From: the human T2T-CHM13v2.0 reference genome, Homo sapiens
Length of the DNA: 64,000 nt
NCBI RefSeq assembly: GCF_009914755.1
Contig: NC_060939.1
Reading direction: 5' to 3' (one strand)
Shown piece after piece: positions 12,951-28,930 of this stretch. The position numbers and the translations under genes are program-made. Positions within the stretch are counted from its first letter, which is position 1. The number at the start of each line of letters is the position of its first letter. The notes under the pieces were generated by a model, which did no database searches, was not told the DNA's origin, and saw only the letters and a program-made list of their open reading frames with translations.

Positions 12951-14530
12951 ACTGGCTGGCAACTGTTGGAGAATTTATTGAAGCACGTGAAAGAGCCCCA
13001 CCCTGCCATAGCAATCACCTGCCTTTGGTGAGGCTGAGCCTGGCCGCGGGACCCCATTGACCGCTCCTGGCCTCACACTAAATGGAGTTGCATTGCTCCT
13101 CCAAATTCCAACCAAGAGGACCGAGAAGTTGGCCTGAAGCAGGCGCACACGTGGAAAAGAGGAGCTGAAGCCACGCGGGGGCTGCTCCTGCAGAGGAGGT
13201 GGCTTGGTCTAACTTTTCAAAGCAATGGCCACTCGGCTGCATCAACCTGCATGCCACGTTCCTGGCTTTGATCATTGACATGTGCCTGGCTCTGCTGCTC
13301 TCAGCTCCTGGCCTCAAACTTCCTTTTGAAGAAAATCGCTGAAGCTTGTGGCCTCACTTCTTCCAAGAGGCAGCTACAGACACTCTCCGGGCCTGGCTGC
13401 CTGTTTGTTGGGACGGGGCCTCTGGCTTGGGTTTGCTGTGCTTCAACGCCATGTGACTCCGAAGGGCCTCACTCACGCCAGGGCCCAGCACCGGCTCGGG
13501 GACAGGCCAGGCTGGCATGACTCTGATTCTGCAGATAGCATTTTTAGTGACTCTGCTGGGAATTGGTTCCTGAGATAACAAAGCCACTGACACAGGGATG
13601 ACAGATGGTTAACAGCACCTCCCGAGAGTAGGTCTGTTCTAAACACTTGACCTGTGACAGAGCATCCATGCCACGCGGCTGCTCCATGAAGTAGACGCCA
13701 TCATCGTGGTCTCTGCAGGTCTACGATGGGGACACTGGGGAGAGAGGAGTGACTGTGCTGGAGCATGCGTGGATGAGGGGAGGGGGAAGGGAGGGCGTGA
13801 GCCCGGTGGTCCAGCACCGTATTGTCCTGCTCCACTTTCCTCCGAGGCTTGGGTGTGCACGCGCTGGAGCCCTCCCTCTCTGGGTTGGTCATGGCCCTGT
13901 CCTGTGAGAGGTGGTGTGTGGATACCTCCTGCTCCTGAGTGAGCCCGGCGCTCCGTAAGGAGTCAGGGAATGGATCCGCCATGCCAGCCCAGCCCTGTGC
14001 TGCCAGGAGCCTGTCTTTCTAGAAGGTGGGAGTGCGGGCACAGGCTGCCTGCCCAGCTGCAGAGTTCCCTCCTCAAGTGCACCCTGGAGTGGGGACGGAG
14101 GAGCCTAGGGCACTCATGGGCTCCAGGTTCCCTGGCTCCCTGCCACCCTCATGGTGATCTGTCCTTGCATCTACTGGGGTACTCAAGTACCCCGGGAGGC
14201 CTTGGAGTATTTCCACCTATTTTTCCTTCATGGCCTCCCAGTGTATGCTTGGGGAAACTGAGGCTGGTAAGGCTGTAGAACACATCACCCACAGCAAGGG
14301 CCAGAGGGGTACATGACCAGGGGAAGACCAGGCCCTTCAGGGCTCATGGCCCCAGCCCATGGCCACAGAGACAGAGAGTTTTCACTTGGGTGGACACTGA
14401 TGGGTCCTGCTCCCACTGTGAGACCGCGTCCCCCTGCCAGCTCCACCTGGGGCCTACCCTGGGACTGGGAAGTTGTGTTTTAAGTCTTGCCCTGCCTCAG
14501 TGTTCCCTAAGGAATCCTGCCTGGTTATGA

Positions 14531-15271
<741 letters not shown>

Positions 15272-16105
15272 TCATTTTTAAATGGACCCTGACACTGGAC
15301 TGAGATCTCAAGCTGGTATCCCAAGAACTGAACCCCATAGGAACCTGCCTTTCTGAAGGAAGTTAGAGAAAGGTGCTTCCCCAGGACATTTGGCCCTACC
15401 TCTTCCTGTGGTTTGCAGCCCCTGGCACCCACAGCCTGGAAAGACCCCACATTCCCTGCTGAGGGTCGTACTGTGTGCTGACTGTGCAGACCATTGGAAC
15501 TTGTCCTTCCCTAGGTAGGTCAGGGTCCTGTCACCACGTTGTCTGGAGGATAGCAGGTGCTCCTGAAGTGTTTCTGAATTGGACCATATGCAAAATGTAC
15601 ATCAAACGAGTCTTAATAACCTATTGCTCCTAGAGTAATTGAATTCACCACTGTTGAAACCCCGCCTGGCCTGAGAAATTGGCTCAGGTGAAGGAGACTG
15701 AAGACATGTGGCATGTGCAGGCAACATGGGCCCTGCGCTGGGTCTCACTGAGGGGAAGTGCTCTACAGGGTGTCAGTGGGTCAAATGACTAACTGGAATA
15801 TGGGTAGGAGACCAGATGCATGCATGCATGTTACATCTCCTAAGGCTGGAGTTGGAACGGCAGAGTAAGGAGTTTGGCAAATCCTCTCCCTAAAAGGTAA
15901 CAGCAAAACTGGATAAAATGGTCAAAACCATCATTCCAGGACTGGAAAACAGCCAAAAGCAGACAGCATGTTGAGACATGTTTACTTAAGGAAAAAACCC
16001 CTGCATGAGAAATGGCATTTTTGCCTGGGCTTCTCATAGCCCCACTTCCCACCTCAGTTGTGTAAATCTGCTAGGCAGGGCATGCCATGGAGCCCAGCAG
16101 CTTTA

Positions 16106-16766
<661 letters not shown>

Positions 16767-17904
16767 TTAATGGGTACAAAAATATAGTTAGATACAACGA
16801 ATAAGATCTAGTATTTGATAGCACAACAGGGTGACTATAGCCAGCAATAATTAGTTGTACATTTTAGAATAACTGAGGGAGCATAATTGGAATGTTTACA
16901 ACATGAGGAAACAATGAATGCTTGAGGTGATGGATATCCCATTTACCCTGATGTGATTATTAGATTGCATGCCTGTATCAAAATATCTCATGTACTCCAT
17001 AAATATATACACCTCAGTACCCATAAAAATGAAAATACAAATACACAATACAGTGTAACAACTATTTATATAGCATTTACATTGTATTAGGTATGATAAG
17101 TAACACAGTGATGATTTAAAGTCTGTGAGAGGACTGCACAAGTTATATACAAATACTATTCTATTTTATGTAAGGAAATTGAGCATCTGTGAGTTTTAAT
17201 ATCTGTGGGATCAAATTCTGGGTCCTGGAACAAATCCCCTGTTGATGCCGGGGGTTGACTATATATCTCTGGCTGAACATGAGGCCTTGTGCCTGTGCAG
17301 AGGAGATGTGAAACCTGACAGACTGTGAAAGCTGGGGCACATTTGTAACACTGCCTCAACTCCAAATGCATTCCCTAAACCACACACAAATCCACTGGTG
17401 AAGCGTGGAAGCCTTAGTGGTTAAAGGTGTTTAAGTACATTTGACCAATCATTGGCTGACCACATATGCTAACCCACAGGCAACCACTAGAGGAAGCTAG
17501 AGTTGAAAATAACAACAACAACAACAACAATAAAAACCCCAAACTGAACAGATACATCAGTGGCTGCACACTGAGGTTGAGACTGATTCTACAGGATTTG
17601 TTCAGTGAAGTCACTAAAACAAAAATACAGCAACAGTCCCTTGGGGGTAAGGGGAAGGAGCAGAATCCAGAGTTGCTACAATATTACATAAAGTGTCCAG
17701 TTTTAAAAATTATGAGACATGCAAAGAAACAGGAAAGTGTGATCCCTATTTGGGTGGTAAGTCGGGAGGAAGCTGGGAGGAAGCTATCAATAGACACTGT
17801 CTGATGGGGCCCAGATGTTTGAATTTAGTAGACAAAGATTTCAAAGCAGCTATGATAAAATGTTTAAAGACCTAAAAGAAACCGTTTCTTTTAATTTGAT
17901 GTGA

Positions 17905-18202
<298 letters not shown>

Positions 18203-20297
18203 CATTTTTAAGAGCAATGACTCATCAAATACAGACTATCAATAAAAAGATAGGTATTGTAAAAAAAAAAAAAATCAAATGGAAATTCTGGGGTTGAAAA
18301 GTACAATAACTGAAATATTTAGGGTTTAATAGCAGATTTGATTTGGCAGGAGAAAGAATCAGTGAACTTGAAAGGAGATTAATAAAACCCATCCAAATTG
18401 AAGAATAGAAAGAAAAGAAAATGAAGAAAAATAAACTGAAAAACAGACCTAAATTTGGGACTCATCACGCATACCAAATACATGTCATAGAAGTCCCAGA
18501 AGGAAAAGAGAGAAAAGGGAAGAAATATTTGAACAAATAATAGCAAGAAAGTCCCAAATTTGATGAAAAATACACCAGTGAAGCACAACAAACTTCAAAT
18601 AGGATTAACAGAAAGAGATCTATAGCTAGATGCATACAGAGTTGAAGGACAAAGATAAAATTTCAAAACAGCAAAGAAAAAAAAAAAAACCCACAACCTT
18701 ATCACATACAAGGGAAGAACTACGTTTAACAGCTGTCTCAAGTGAAGAAGACATTAAAATGACATATTCAAAGTGCTGTAGGAAAAATATTTATTAACCA
18801 AGAATTCTTTAGCTAGCAAAACTATCCTTCAAAAGTGAAGACAAAATAAACAAAAATTGAAGAAATTCAATACAAGCAGATCTGTCTTATAAAACATACT
18901 AAAGGAATTCCTTCAGGCTGAAAAGAAATGACACCAGAAGATAACCTGCATTTAACCCCAGCATAGTAGAAAATACCTATATTTCTTATATGCTGTATAT
19001 AGATATTTTCTAGTATGCTTTTAATTCCTTTTTTATTGCTTCATTCTTACTTTTTTGTTGGAATTGGTTGCTCTAGGAATAAAGAGAGCAATAAAGGAGA
19101 AAGAAGAACAAAAAAGCCTAAGTCATATAATCTTTAAATAAATAGAGAAGTGGCAGGAAGAAATTAAACCATAACAATAGTTAGATTAAATGTAAATGGG
19201 ATTAAACACTCCAATCAAAAGGCAGAAATTGATAGTAATAAAACAAGATCCAACTACATGTTTTGTATAAAGAGACACCATTTAGATTAAAAGACACAAA
19301 TACCTTAAAACTAAGTAAGAATGAAAAAAGATATACCATACAAACAGGGACCATAAGAAAATTTAACTGATATTCTAATATCAGTTAAAATAGACTTTAA
19401 GACAGATAATATTGCTAGAAACAAAGAGGGATATTTCATAATGGTCAAAAGGAAGATATAGCAAATATAAACATACATGTTTCTAACAACAGAGCTCCAA
19501 AATATGTAAAACCCAACTGACAGAATTGAAGGGAGAAAAAGGCAATGCAATAATAGTTGGAGCCTTCAATACCCCACTCTCAGTAACTGAGATAACTAGA
19601 CAGAAAACAAGCAAGGATACAGAAGACCTGAAGAACAGCAGCAACCAACTTGACTTCTCCTCTATCTATAAAAAACCCCACCCAACAACAGAATACACAT
19701 TCTCTTCAAGAGCACATGCAGCATTCTCCAGATAGACCTTGTACTCGACCACAAAAAAGGCCTCAATGAAGAGGATTCAAATAACACAAAGTATGTTTTC
19801 ACATCAGAATAAAATTAATTAAAAACAACAGAAAGATATTTGGGAAAGCCCCAAATATTTGAAAATTTTAAAAATTACTTCTAAATAACTCAGGGGTTAA
19901 ATCACAAGGAAAATAGAAAATATTTTGAACTAAATGAAAATGTAAAAATATCAACATTTATGAAGTACAGCTAAACAGTATCTAGAGGGAATTTATAGCT
20001 TTAAAATGCCTATTTTAAAAATATCTGAAATCACTAAACCCAGCTTCCTCCTTCAAAAATTAGAAAAAGAACTGAACCCAAAGCAAGAGCAAGTAGAAGG
20101 AAAGAAATAATAAAGACTAGCGCAAACTCCACGCAATGAAAAACAGAGAGCCAATAGAAGAAAATAGATGAAGCCAAAGTCAATTCTTGTAATGCTTTCT
20201 GAGGTTAAGTGTAGTGTAGTTATATAAGAGAAGACTCTTGTTCTTAGGTAATATGCATCATGTCTTCAACCTTATGCTCGAATGATTCAGAAGAATA

Positions 20298-20717
20298 TTG
20301 TTATGGGCAGAAATGTTTATATCCCTTAAAATTCGTAACCCCCACTGTGGATGCATTTGGACATGGGGTCTCTAAGGAAGTAACTGAGGTTGAATGAGGT
20401 CCTAAGGGTGGGCACTGATCTGACAGGATTAGGATCCTCATGAGACACCAGAGGGCGTGTCTGCTCTCTCCATGTGCATGTATCAAGGACAGCCCACTGA
20501 GGACACAGAGATGGTGGCTGTTTACAAGTCAGGAAGAGAACCCTTAATAGAAACTGACCATGCTGGCACCTTCTAGCCTCCAAAACGATGAGAAAATAAA
20601 TAAATGACAGCACAAACTGCAAATTTTCCAAGGAAGCATCTTGGACCTGATCTAAGCCACTCAGTTTAAGCCACTCAGTCTGTGGTATTTTGTTACCGTA
20701 GCCCCAGCTGACTACAT
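20298..20717 (+). mobile_element. MLT1-type MaLR solo LTR
   Basis: tgttatggg...gaggtcctaagggtggg...gagaaaataaa...taagccactcagtctgtggtattttgtta...gacta. Confidence 0.85.
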
Positions 20718-21174
20718 ACCTACCTACCTAGAGTGCACTGCACAGGTGGAAAATTGGCAACACTCAGGGAGTCTAGGTCAAGGGCAGAAGGGAAGTTCTC
20801 TGTATTATTCTCGCAAATGCTGTGTTGTTGCAACTGAGCGTGAAAATATGCTAAAAAAAAAAATAAAAACTAACCTTTCCCCTGCCTGGGTGGTGGACAC
20901 TTAAGTTGCTGGGCTGTGATGGGCTGGAGGCTGTGCTCTCCTGGTTCCCTGACTGAGGTGAGGGCCTTCGGTTTAGTCCTGCCCTCCCTGCACAGGGTTC
21001 TTTTTGCCTCTATCCCACTAAGTCGTCAAGACGGTGGACGCAGATCCACTTTCTGCTTCCTCCTGGTGCCTGCCCTGTGTTTCCCGTGGTCCTCCTTGGA
21101 AAGGCCACAAAAGTGTTTCAAGAGGACTCAGGTCCAAGATGCTTCCTTGGAAAATTTGCAGTTTGTGCTGTCAT
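20604..21174. repeat. Perfect 47-bp inverted repeat (20604-20650 / 21128-21174), 477-bp spacer
   Basis: atgacagcacaaactgcaaattttccaaggaagcatcttggacctga is the exact reverse complement of tcaggtccaagatgcttccttggaaaatttgcagtttgtgctgtcat. Confidence 0.97.
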
Positions 21175-21359
21175 AAATGTGGCACATTAATGGTTGCTAA
21201 AACTGGGGAGCAACTCCTCAAGGCTTGGTAGGAGCATTTCAACTGAGTTTAAATATTCAAAAACATAAGAACCAAATCCTGTCCCCCAGGGGCAGCAGCA
21301 CTGGATCCTACTGACCAAGCTTCCACCCTCCTCCCTGGGCCTATCAAGAAGAAACCAAT

Positions 21360-21588
21360 GGGCCGGACACAGTGGCTCATGCCTGTAATTAATCCAGGCA
21401 CTTTGGGAGGCCAAGGTGGGCGGATCACTTGAGGCCAGGAGTTTGAGACCAGCCTGGCCAACATGGTGAAACCATCTCTACTAAAAATACAAAAATTAGC
21501 CGAGCGTGGTGGGGCAGTGAGCCGAGATTGCCCCACTGCCCTCCAGCCTGGGTGACAGAGCGAGACTCCGTCTCCAGGAAAAAAAAAC
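21360..21588 (+). mobile_element. AluS with a large internal deletion in the right arm
   Basis: Right arm jumps from gagcgtggtgg directly to gcagtgagccgag. Confidence 0.85.
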
Positions 21589-22562
21589 CAATGAAGCCCT
21601 GGGACTGTTTGGTGCATGTGTCCTCTACTGAAGAGCAGGCTGCAAAGAAACTCAATTTTGCTTTAAAGCACTCGGTTTCAAATGTTTCTGAAAGCCCTCA
21701 GCTTCCCACTACAACGGCAACCGCTGCTTGGTAGGTATCAAGACTGGGGCTGCTCCCTGGGTCTCAACCTTCATGCTTTCCACTTGGTTCCTGCTCATCT
21801 TCAAGCTGTCCTTATCCAACATGGAAGACACTCATTCTCAGAAGTGCTCTGGGAAACCCCATGTCCTCAAAGTCCTCTCTAGGAACCCCACTGCCGTCGT
21901 TCCAGCCGGTTTCTGCCACACCCCCACTGACAAGAAATGAAGAGTTGCTAGGGTGAATACTTGGCACGCCCCTCAACACTAAACAGCAGCAGCATACTGA
22001 CCACATGTCAGTTTCCACATTTTCTTTCCTTCTCTGTTTTTAAGGGGGTATGAAATGATTTATACCTGCATGTTTTCAAATCCACTTAAGACCAGGAGGT
22101 GCTATGTGGACAAATAGATCAAACTACCTCAAAACTTTACGGTGACAATCAAGCCAAGGTACAAACACGCTAAAATCACCACCTGTGCACCCACCTCTTC
22201 CTATTTTTCCGCGGGTGAGTGCCAGAGGAGGGCGTTCCACATGGGGGCTCTAGTGCGTCTCACGAGGTGCACTTCTCTCATGCACCAAGTGAAAACCTTA
22301 CACATCTTCCCTGCCTGGCATTGCGCCAGTAGGCAGAAAACTTGGTGCAACAAAACTCAATTTTTGTCTTTATTGGCACGTGGTTTCCTAGACAACTATG
22401 GACACAATTCCCTCAGAACAGCCTATGGTGCAAAGGGAGGGAAGGGAGAGTGTCAGAATGTGGAAGGCTTGTCGTAGTTGGTTACAGACCTCTCTTCTGA
22501 GCACCTTGTTTGTGTCAACTTCTGGCTAACCTGAATGAACACCCATCAGCTGGGAGAAACAA

Positions 22563-22576
22563 GCACTAGGGGGCAC
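22563..22576 (+). promoter_or_regulatory. CTCF core motif candidate
   Basis: GCACTAGGGGGCAC matches the CTCF core CCASYAGRKGGCRS at all but the first base. Confidence 0.5.
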
Positions 22577-23639
22577 CTTCATGGTCACTGGTAAAGAAAG
22601 CCCTAATTATCTACAAAATGGAAATGGAAAACAAACATTTAAAGTTTTATGCATTTTAGTTTTGAACTAGAAATCTTCCAAGTTTAATATATACCTTCCT
22701 AGTGAATTCCCCTGCCAAAAACAAACAAAAAACCCCTCCCCTAAACCAAATGGTATTCCTGCATCTTGGGCAACAGCTCCTTCACTGTCAAGTAGTTCCA
22801 AAGGAAAGCACGAGTAGGTAAGAGTCAAAAATGCCACTGAGTTTTTGCTGTGATCAAATTGATCAGGAGACAACAATGTGGTTCTGTAAAAATCAGCACA
22901 TCAACAATGTGTCTTCCCACACTCCATCTGGGGAAACCCGGCTAAGCAGCCTGGAAACAGAGTGCCAGGTCACTCTCTACATGTAGGGCTGCTGGGCAGC
23001 CGCAGTAACGTGTGCCCGGATGCATCTGTGTACACAGCTCTCTGGTTTGCTTTCTGCAAATTGGACGGAAAACAGAGCCTGGCTTCCCATCCAGTAAATG
23101 GTTTTCAAACTGCGAGTCAAGAAAACCGAAAACTTACTCCCCATCTGCCTGCTAGGTGGCCTTCCTGCATTTACTGCCACATCCCTTCCTAGCCAACTGC
23201 TCCCTGTCTAGACGGAAGCCACCCAGTGTCAACGTCTGTGTCTCCTCACCTGAGTCATCTCCATCTGCTCAGTGCCTTGTGTACTGCATTAAGTACTTGC
23301 TCAGAGGTCAAGAGGAGGAACTGACTCACGCAGCATTAGTGGATGTTCACTAAGCCTTCTGTTGATTGTAACGTTAGTATAGGGGAAGGGCAAAAGCAGA
23401 ATTCTGACCCTAAAGCTTGGCCATCTGAATGAACTCACTGCACCATGCTCAGTGCTGTGGGAAGATGGTTAGGCAACAGAAATGTCCTTAGGAAGGAGCT
23501 CTAGGTATCTACACCTGACCAGGTGTTCATGCCACATACTAAAAGGTAGGGGGACAAAAAACAGACTTACTGAGTTGTGTCCCTTTCACAATAAATTGTT
23601 TCCCTAATTTATCTAAATGAAAACTGTCTTATTTAGGCC

Positions 23640-24380
23640 TTATATATGTGTGTCTGTGTTTACAATAAGGACACATTTAAAACAGAAAACTCAACACCTA
23701 TATCATACTACACATAAAGTTAACTCAAAGTGGATCACAGACATAAATATAAAACAAAAAATTCTGAAACTTGAGAAGTCTTTACACTTTGGGCTAAGTG
23801 AAGATTTCTCTTAGGATAGAACATCTTAGTGAAGATATGACAAAAGCATAATCTATGAAAGAACAAACTGATTAAACTAGACTTCATCAAACTGAAGTCA
23901 AGCGAAATGAAGTAACGTTTACACAAAAACCTGTACGCAAATGTTTATAGCAGTTTACTAATAATCTCCCAAACCTGGAAACAACCCAGAAGTTCCTTAA
24001 CTGGGGAATGGATAAACAAGCTCTGGTACAGCCACACAATGGAATACCACCTGGCAATAAAAAAGAACCTGCAACATCATACATGAATCTCAAATGCATC
24101 ATGCTAAGTGAAATAAGCCAGACTCAAAGGCAACATATTGTATGATTCCATTTATATGACACTGTCAAAAAGGCAACTATAGAAACAGAAGAGATCATCC
24201 TGCCAGGGGCTGGAAGAAGGGTTGAGTATAAAGGGGTACAAATGATTAGAGAAGATAAAGAAACTGTTGTATGTATTAACCGTGGTAAATAAACAGTATG
24301 TGTTTGTCAAAATTTGAACTATACATTTTAAAAACAGTAACTTACTCTATGTAAATTATACCTTAACAAAGATGAAAAAA
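23640..24380 (+). mobile_element. Old L1M 3'-end fragment
   Basis: taactcaaagtggatcacagac..., atgtttatagcag..., gctaagtgaaataagccagactcaaa...tgtatgattccatttatatga. Confidence 0.8.
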
Positions 24381-24899
24381 ATAAAATCCACATAGATGGA
24401 TTCAGTCCACAAAGGTGTTTACTGAAACACTATAGCAATAATCCAAATGTCAACAGGGGTGGCAGTTAAGTAAGTAGGATGTCCACAATGGAATATTTAT
24501 GCTCACTAAACCCATTTTCTTCCCCCAAATGTGGGTGACATTAAACAATGCCCGTGCTATTTATCTGGGGAATAAAACCATATACAAATGGTTACACGCA
24601 CACACACAAACGCACGTGTGTCCCCATGCAGGGGTGTTTCTCCACGCAGGGGTGTGTGTTTACCCACAGGGGGAAGTCGGCCTGCTGCCTTCTCCCACTC
24701 TGTCTCCAGGTCCTTCTGCCCCACTTCAGTCTGAGCCCTTCAGATGAGCACTGCCCACCCATCTGTACATGCTGGCCAAGGGGAGAAATTCTGCATGCAA
24801 CACCAGACGACGAGGTGGTAGGTGACGCTGGGTGATAGGGATTTGTGTGCAGGATTTTAAAACAGGATTATAAAGCTGCATGAAACTAGAAAACAGTGG

Positions 24900-25490
24900 G
24901 CAAACAGACCAAGCCAGCACTTTATTTTAAAAAGTTTTATTTTGGAGATTTAGAAATTTGAGATTTTTAATAACGGCAAAAGAAATTCAGTCACACCTAA
25001 TGATTAACAGAATGTAGTGGTGTATTATCTAAACAGAAATCGTGCTGATGTGCCATAATAAATTGTCTATTAGTAAAAAAATACACTTTAGGGCACAGCA
25101 TTGTATCACAAATTACAGTAGGGATACTTTGCAAGAATTTAATCAAACTAGAGAATTCTGAGTAACTGTATCTTTTAAATGCAGCACTTAAAAATGTAAC
25201 AACTCTGTGCATCCTTTTTCTTAAAAAAAATGACCTTGCATGTGTCATAGAAACGCTGCTTTATTGCTGCAGAGGTCAAAGTTCAAGGCTCAAGAGGTAC
25301 AGGAGAGAATACAAAGGTAGCCTTTAGAAACGTGGTCTTGTTTATGTATAAAAAAGGTAAAGTTTATAAAAGTTAATTTACAAACCAAGAACAAAAGTGG
25401 TATGCACGCATTATGTACAAGCATCCTTAAAACATCAAAATTTTCAAATGCATAGCCAGAAAGAACAGAAAACCACCACTGCCCCTTGTC

Positions 25491-25527
<37 letters not shown>

Positions 25528-26363
25528 ATATCCCCAAATCACACCACTATTTTCTTCTGGGTGATAACACATTTCTGAAACCACCAAATGCACAACGTAC
25601 TCAGTCTTTGTCATGATACAGTATCTAGATAATGCACAAAAGCCATAAAAACTTAGTAACACAAGGAGAATGAGCTAAGAATTAAGAACATGAGGGTAAG
25701 GCATTTCTGCTGGTTAGTATGTCTGTGGTAATATGGTGAAGTTAGAGATCTGAAGAGGCCATGGAACCAGTCTCACATGCTTTTGTATCCTTCCCTAAGA
25801 AAAATGTGTTTTCATGTACAGTAAGTCATTGTCTTCACTTCACCCTCCCCCAGTTGTAAATCTCCTTGCTGTACATTTCTGTTAAATCCACAACACTGGT
25901 TATATATTCCAGGTGCATTTAAAAAATGTGTGCATATTACTTCATGCATAATAAAATAAAATGTGTACGTATGCTAGGCCAGGGCCATAGTAAAGTTTGA
26001 AACAGTGTACTTTGGAAAGAACAGACCTCAAATGCACCCCCATTTACTGGCTGGTATTTTAACGGAAATCAATATGTGAAGTTAAGCAGTGACGATAAAA
26101 AAATTACAAAAATCACAAAGCAAAATATCTTTGAACCTCTAGCCAATACCAACAGTCCCGTTAATCACAAACATGCAGTGTGTAGCATGTTTTCCGACCA
26201 TGGTTCAGGGGCATGCTCACTCATCTTTATCAGTTCAAACAAATGCCTCATACTAACAAACTGTAGTATCAACTCTAAAAAAGGTATAATACTTGATAGA
26301 GTGGTTCCATTTAGATTAAGTTTAATCCAGTTTCACATTATTTAAGTTCCTATATTTCAAGAG
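24900..26363 (-). other. TJP1: TJP1 3'UTR (lower boundary approximate)
   Basis: Repeat-free AU-rich sequence after the TAA, ending at tandem AATAAA signals. Confidence 0.8.
24921..24941 (-). terminator. TJP1: Tandem AATAAA polyadenylation signals (24936-24941, 24921-24926)
   Basis: tttatt twice on the plus strand. A third copy lies at 25260-25265. Confidence 0.75.
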
Positions 26364-26458
26364 TTAAAAGTGGTCAATAAGGACAGAAACACAGTTTGCT
26401 CCAACGAGATAATTTGGATCTCCGGGAAGACACTTGTTTTGCCAGGTTTTAGGATCAC
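26364..26458 (-). CDS. TJP1: ZO-1 last coding exon (exon 28): DPKTWQNKCLPGDPNYLVGANCVSVLIDHF*
   Basis: Acceptor ctcatag|GT. Translates to the known ZO-1 C-terminus, TAA at 26364-26366. Confidence 0.97.
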
Positions 26459-27257
26459 CTATGAGAGAAAAGAAGTTGATGTCATTTACAGTTCAGTAAA
26501 CTGCTATCCGTAATGCTTTGCAATTATAGGGCAAATACGTATATTTAGACATAATTTTCTTCTGTTTCTTCAGCATATTGAATTTGTATCAAAACACATT
26601 GCTGTATTTCAAAGCAGATCTGCTGGCATCTAACAATTCCAAAGGTGTTTCACACTTCTAAAAAAATTTTTTTTAAAACGTTCTTTCTAACTCACACCAT
26701 TAAGAACAGTTTTTTGTTTTTTGTTTTTAATTTTCAGACTTCTCCTTTATTACATTATCAAGTGCATTGGCCTTTTCAAAAAATGAATACAAGTGAGTGA
26801 TGGCAATCTTATGCCTGGGACAGTCCCAGTTTGCCAGAGCCCACATAATTATCAGTAGCACTTTTTTTTTTTTTCCAGTTTCGAAAGTCTGGAGGATAAT
26901 TATGTGATCACCTATTTGAGCTGAGAATGAGGACACATTTCTCACACTCAACTATAAACCAACAAATGAAGCCCAGTTCTGCAGAATCTAGTTCTTGAAG
27001 ACTGTCTTCCCCCTTACAAAAAACAAGCAAAAAAACGAGACTGCACCAGAGCTGCTCAGCTCTGATTCCAGCTGGACAACAAAATTAATCATGCAGCTTC
27101 AAAAACTCATTGACTGGGTGTTAGTTAGGTCTCAGGATTTAAGTTTTTAATAAGCTCTTGGTGATTTCTATTAGATGTGAAGGCAGGGACGACTATATGT
27201 CTCTGTGGTGTCCAAGCAAGCTGAGAGTCACAGCTGTGGACGTTTGCTTCCCTTACA

Positions 27258-27437
27258 GAAGTAGCTCTCAAACAGGAATGACCCTGCCCCTGATGGGACA
27301 TCTGGAGACAGTTTTGCTTGTTACCACTGGCATCTAGGGGTAGAGGCCCAGGGAAGCTGCTAAATATTCCACGACGAACAGGAGGGCCCTACAACAATCA
27401 TTTGGCCAAAATGTCAACAGTGCCAGCTGAGAACTTT
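27258..27437. mobile_element. MER20 (hAT MITE)
   Basis: catctggagacagttttg...ggcatctaggggtagaggccaggga.gctgctaaa...aaaatgtcaacagtgcca. Confidence 0.75.
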
Positions 27438-27937
27438 GCTTACAGTACGTTAGACATTACCTAAGCAATATCTGGAGCCAAAAGCATTTCATTTTTCCAG
27501 AAAATGGGGTACTTGTAAATATGAGGAAATATGTATTTACATGTAATTTTTTCCTCTGATAACATTAAAATATGCTCTTGCTATAATCTTTAGACCACAA
27601 ACTTTTATTTCATACTGTACCAAACTAAAACTAAATAATGCTCATCTGATTTATCAAAGATTTGGAAGCTAGACTTTAAATCAGGTTCGCTTAAAGTGAT
27701 CTACACCCAAAATAAAATTCTAATTATTAACTGACTTAAGTCACTCAAGGAAGTGAGAAATGTGAAAATGCAGTGGAAGCTTTGAAATTATCTCAGGAGA
27801 AAAAGTCATTTACAAATAGTGTATAAAAGAAGTAATTTAGAGTATTACACTGAAAAACCATGGCCAAGTATGATCACAATGGAAGATCTTGTTAAGTTTC
27901 TCTGGTATACATACGTTGTAGATTAAGAAATTAAACA

Positions 27938-28240
<303 letters not shown>

Positions 28241-28246
28241 AATTAA

Positions 28247-28841
<595 letters not shown>

Positions 28842-28930
28842 TAACACACAGCATGGGCAGCATCATCAGCCCAGGTATTGATCAACGACAGTCCCCAAAG
28901 CTCCCAAAGGACAGAGTGAAGACAGCATAC

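Noticed and set aside
19526-19735. L1 endonuclease-like ORF
   Set aside because: Short decayed fragment with catalytic GDFN changed to GAFN; not an active L1
24621-24672. Three short imperfect repeats (..caggggtgt..)
   Set aside because: Too short and low-complexity to support a function
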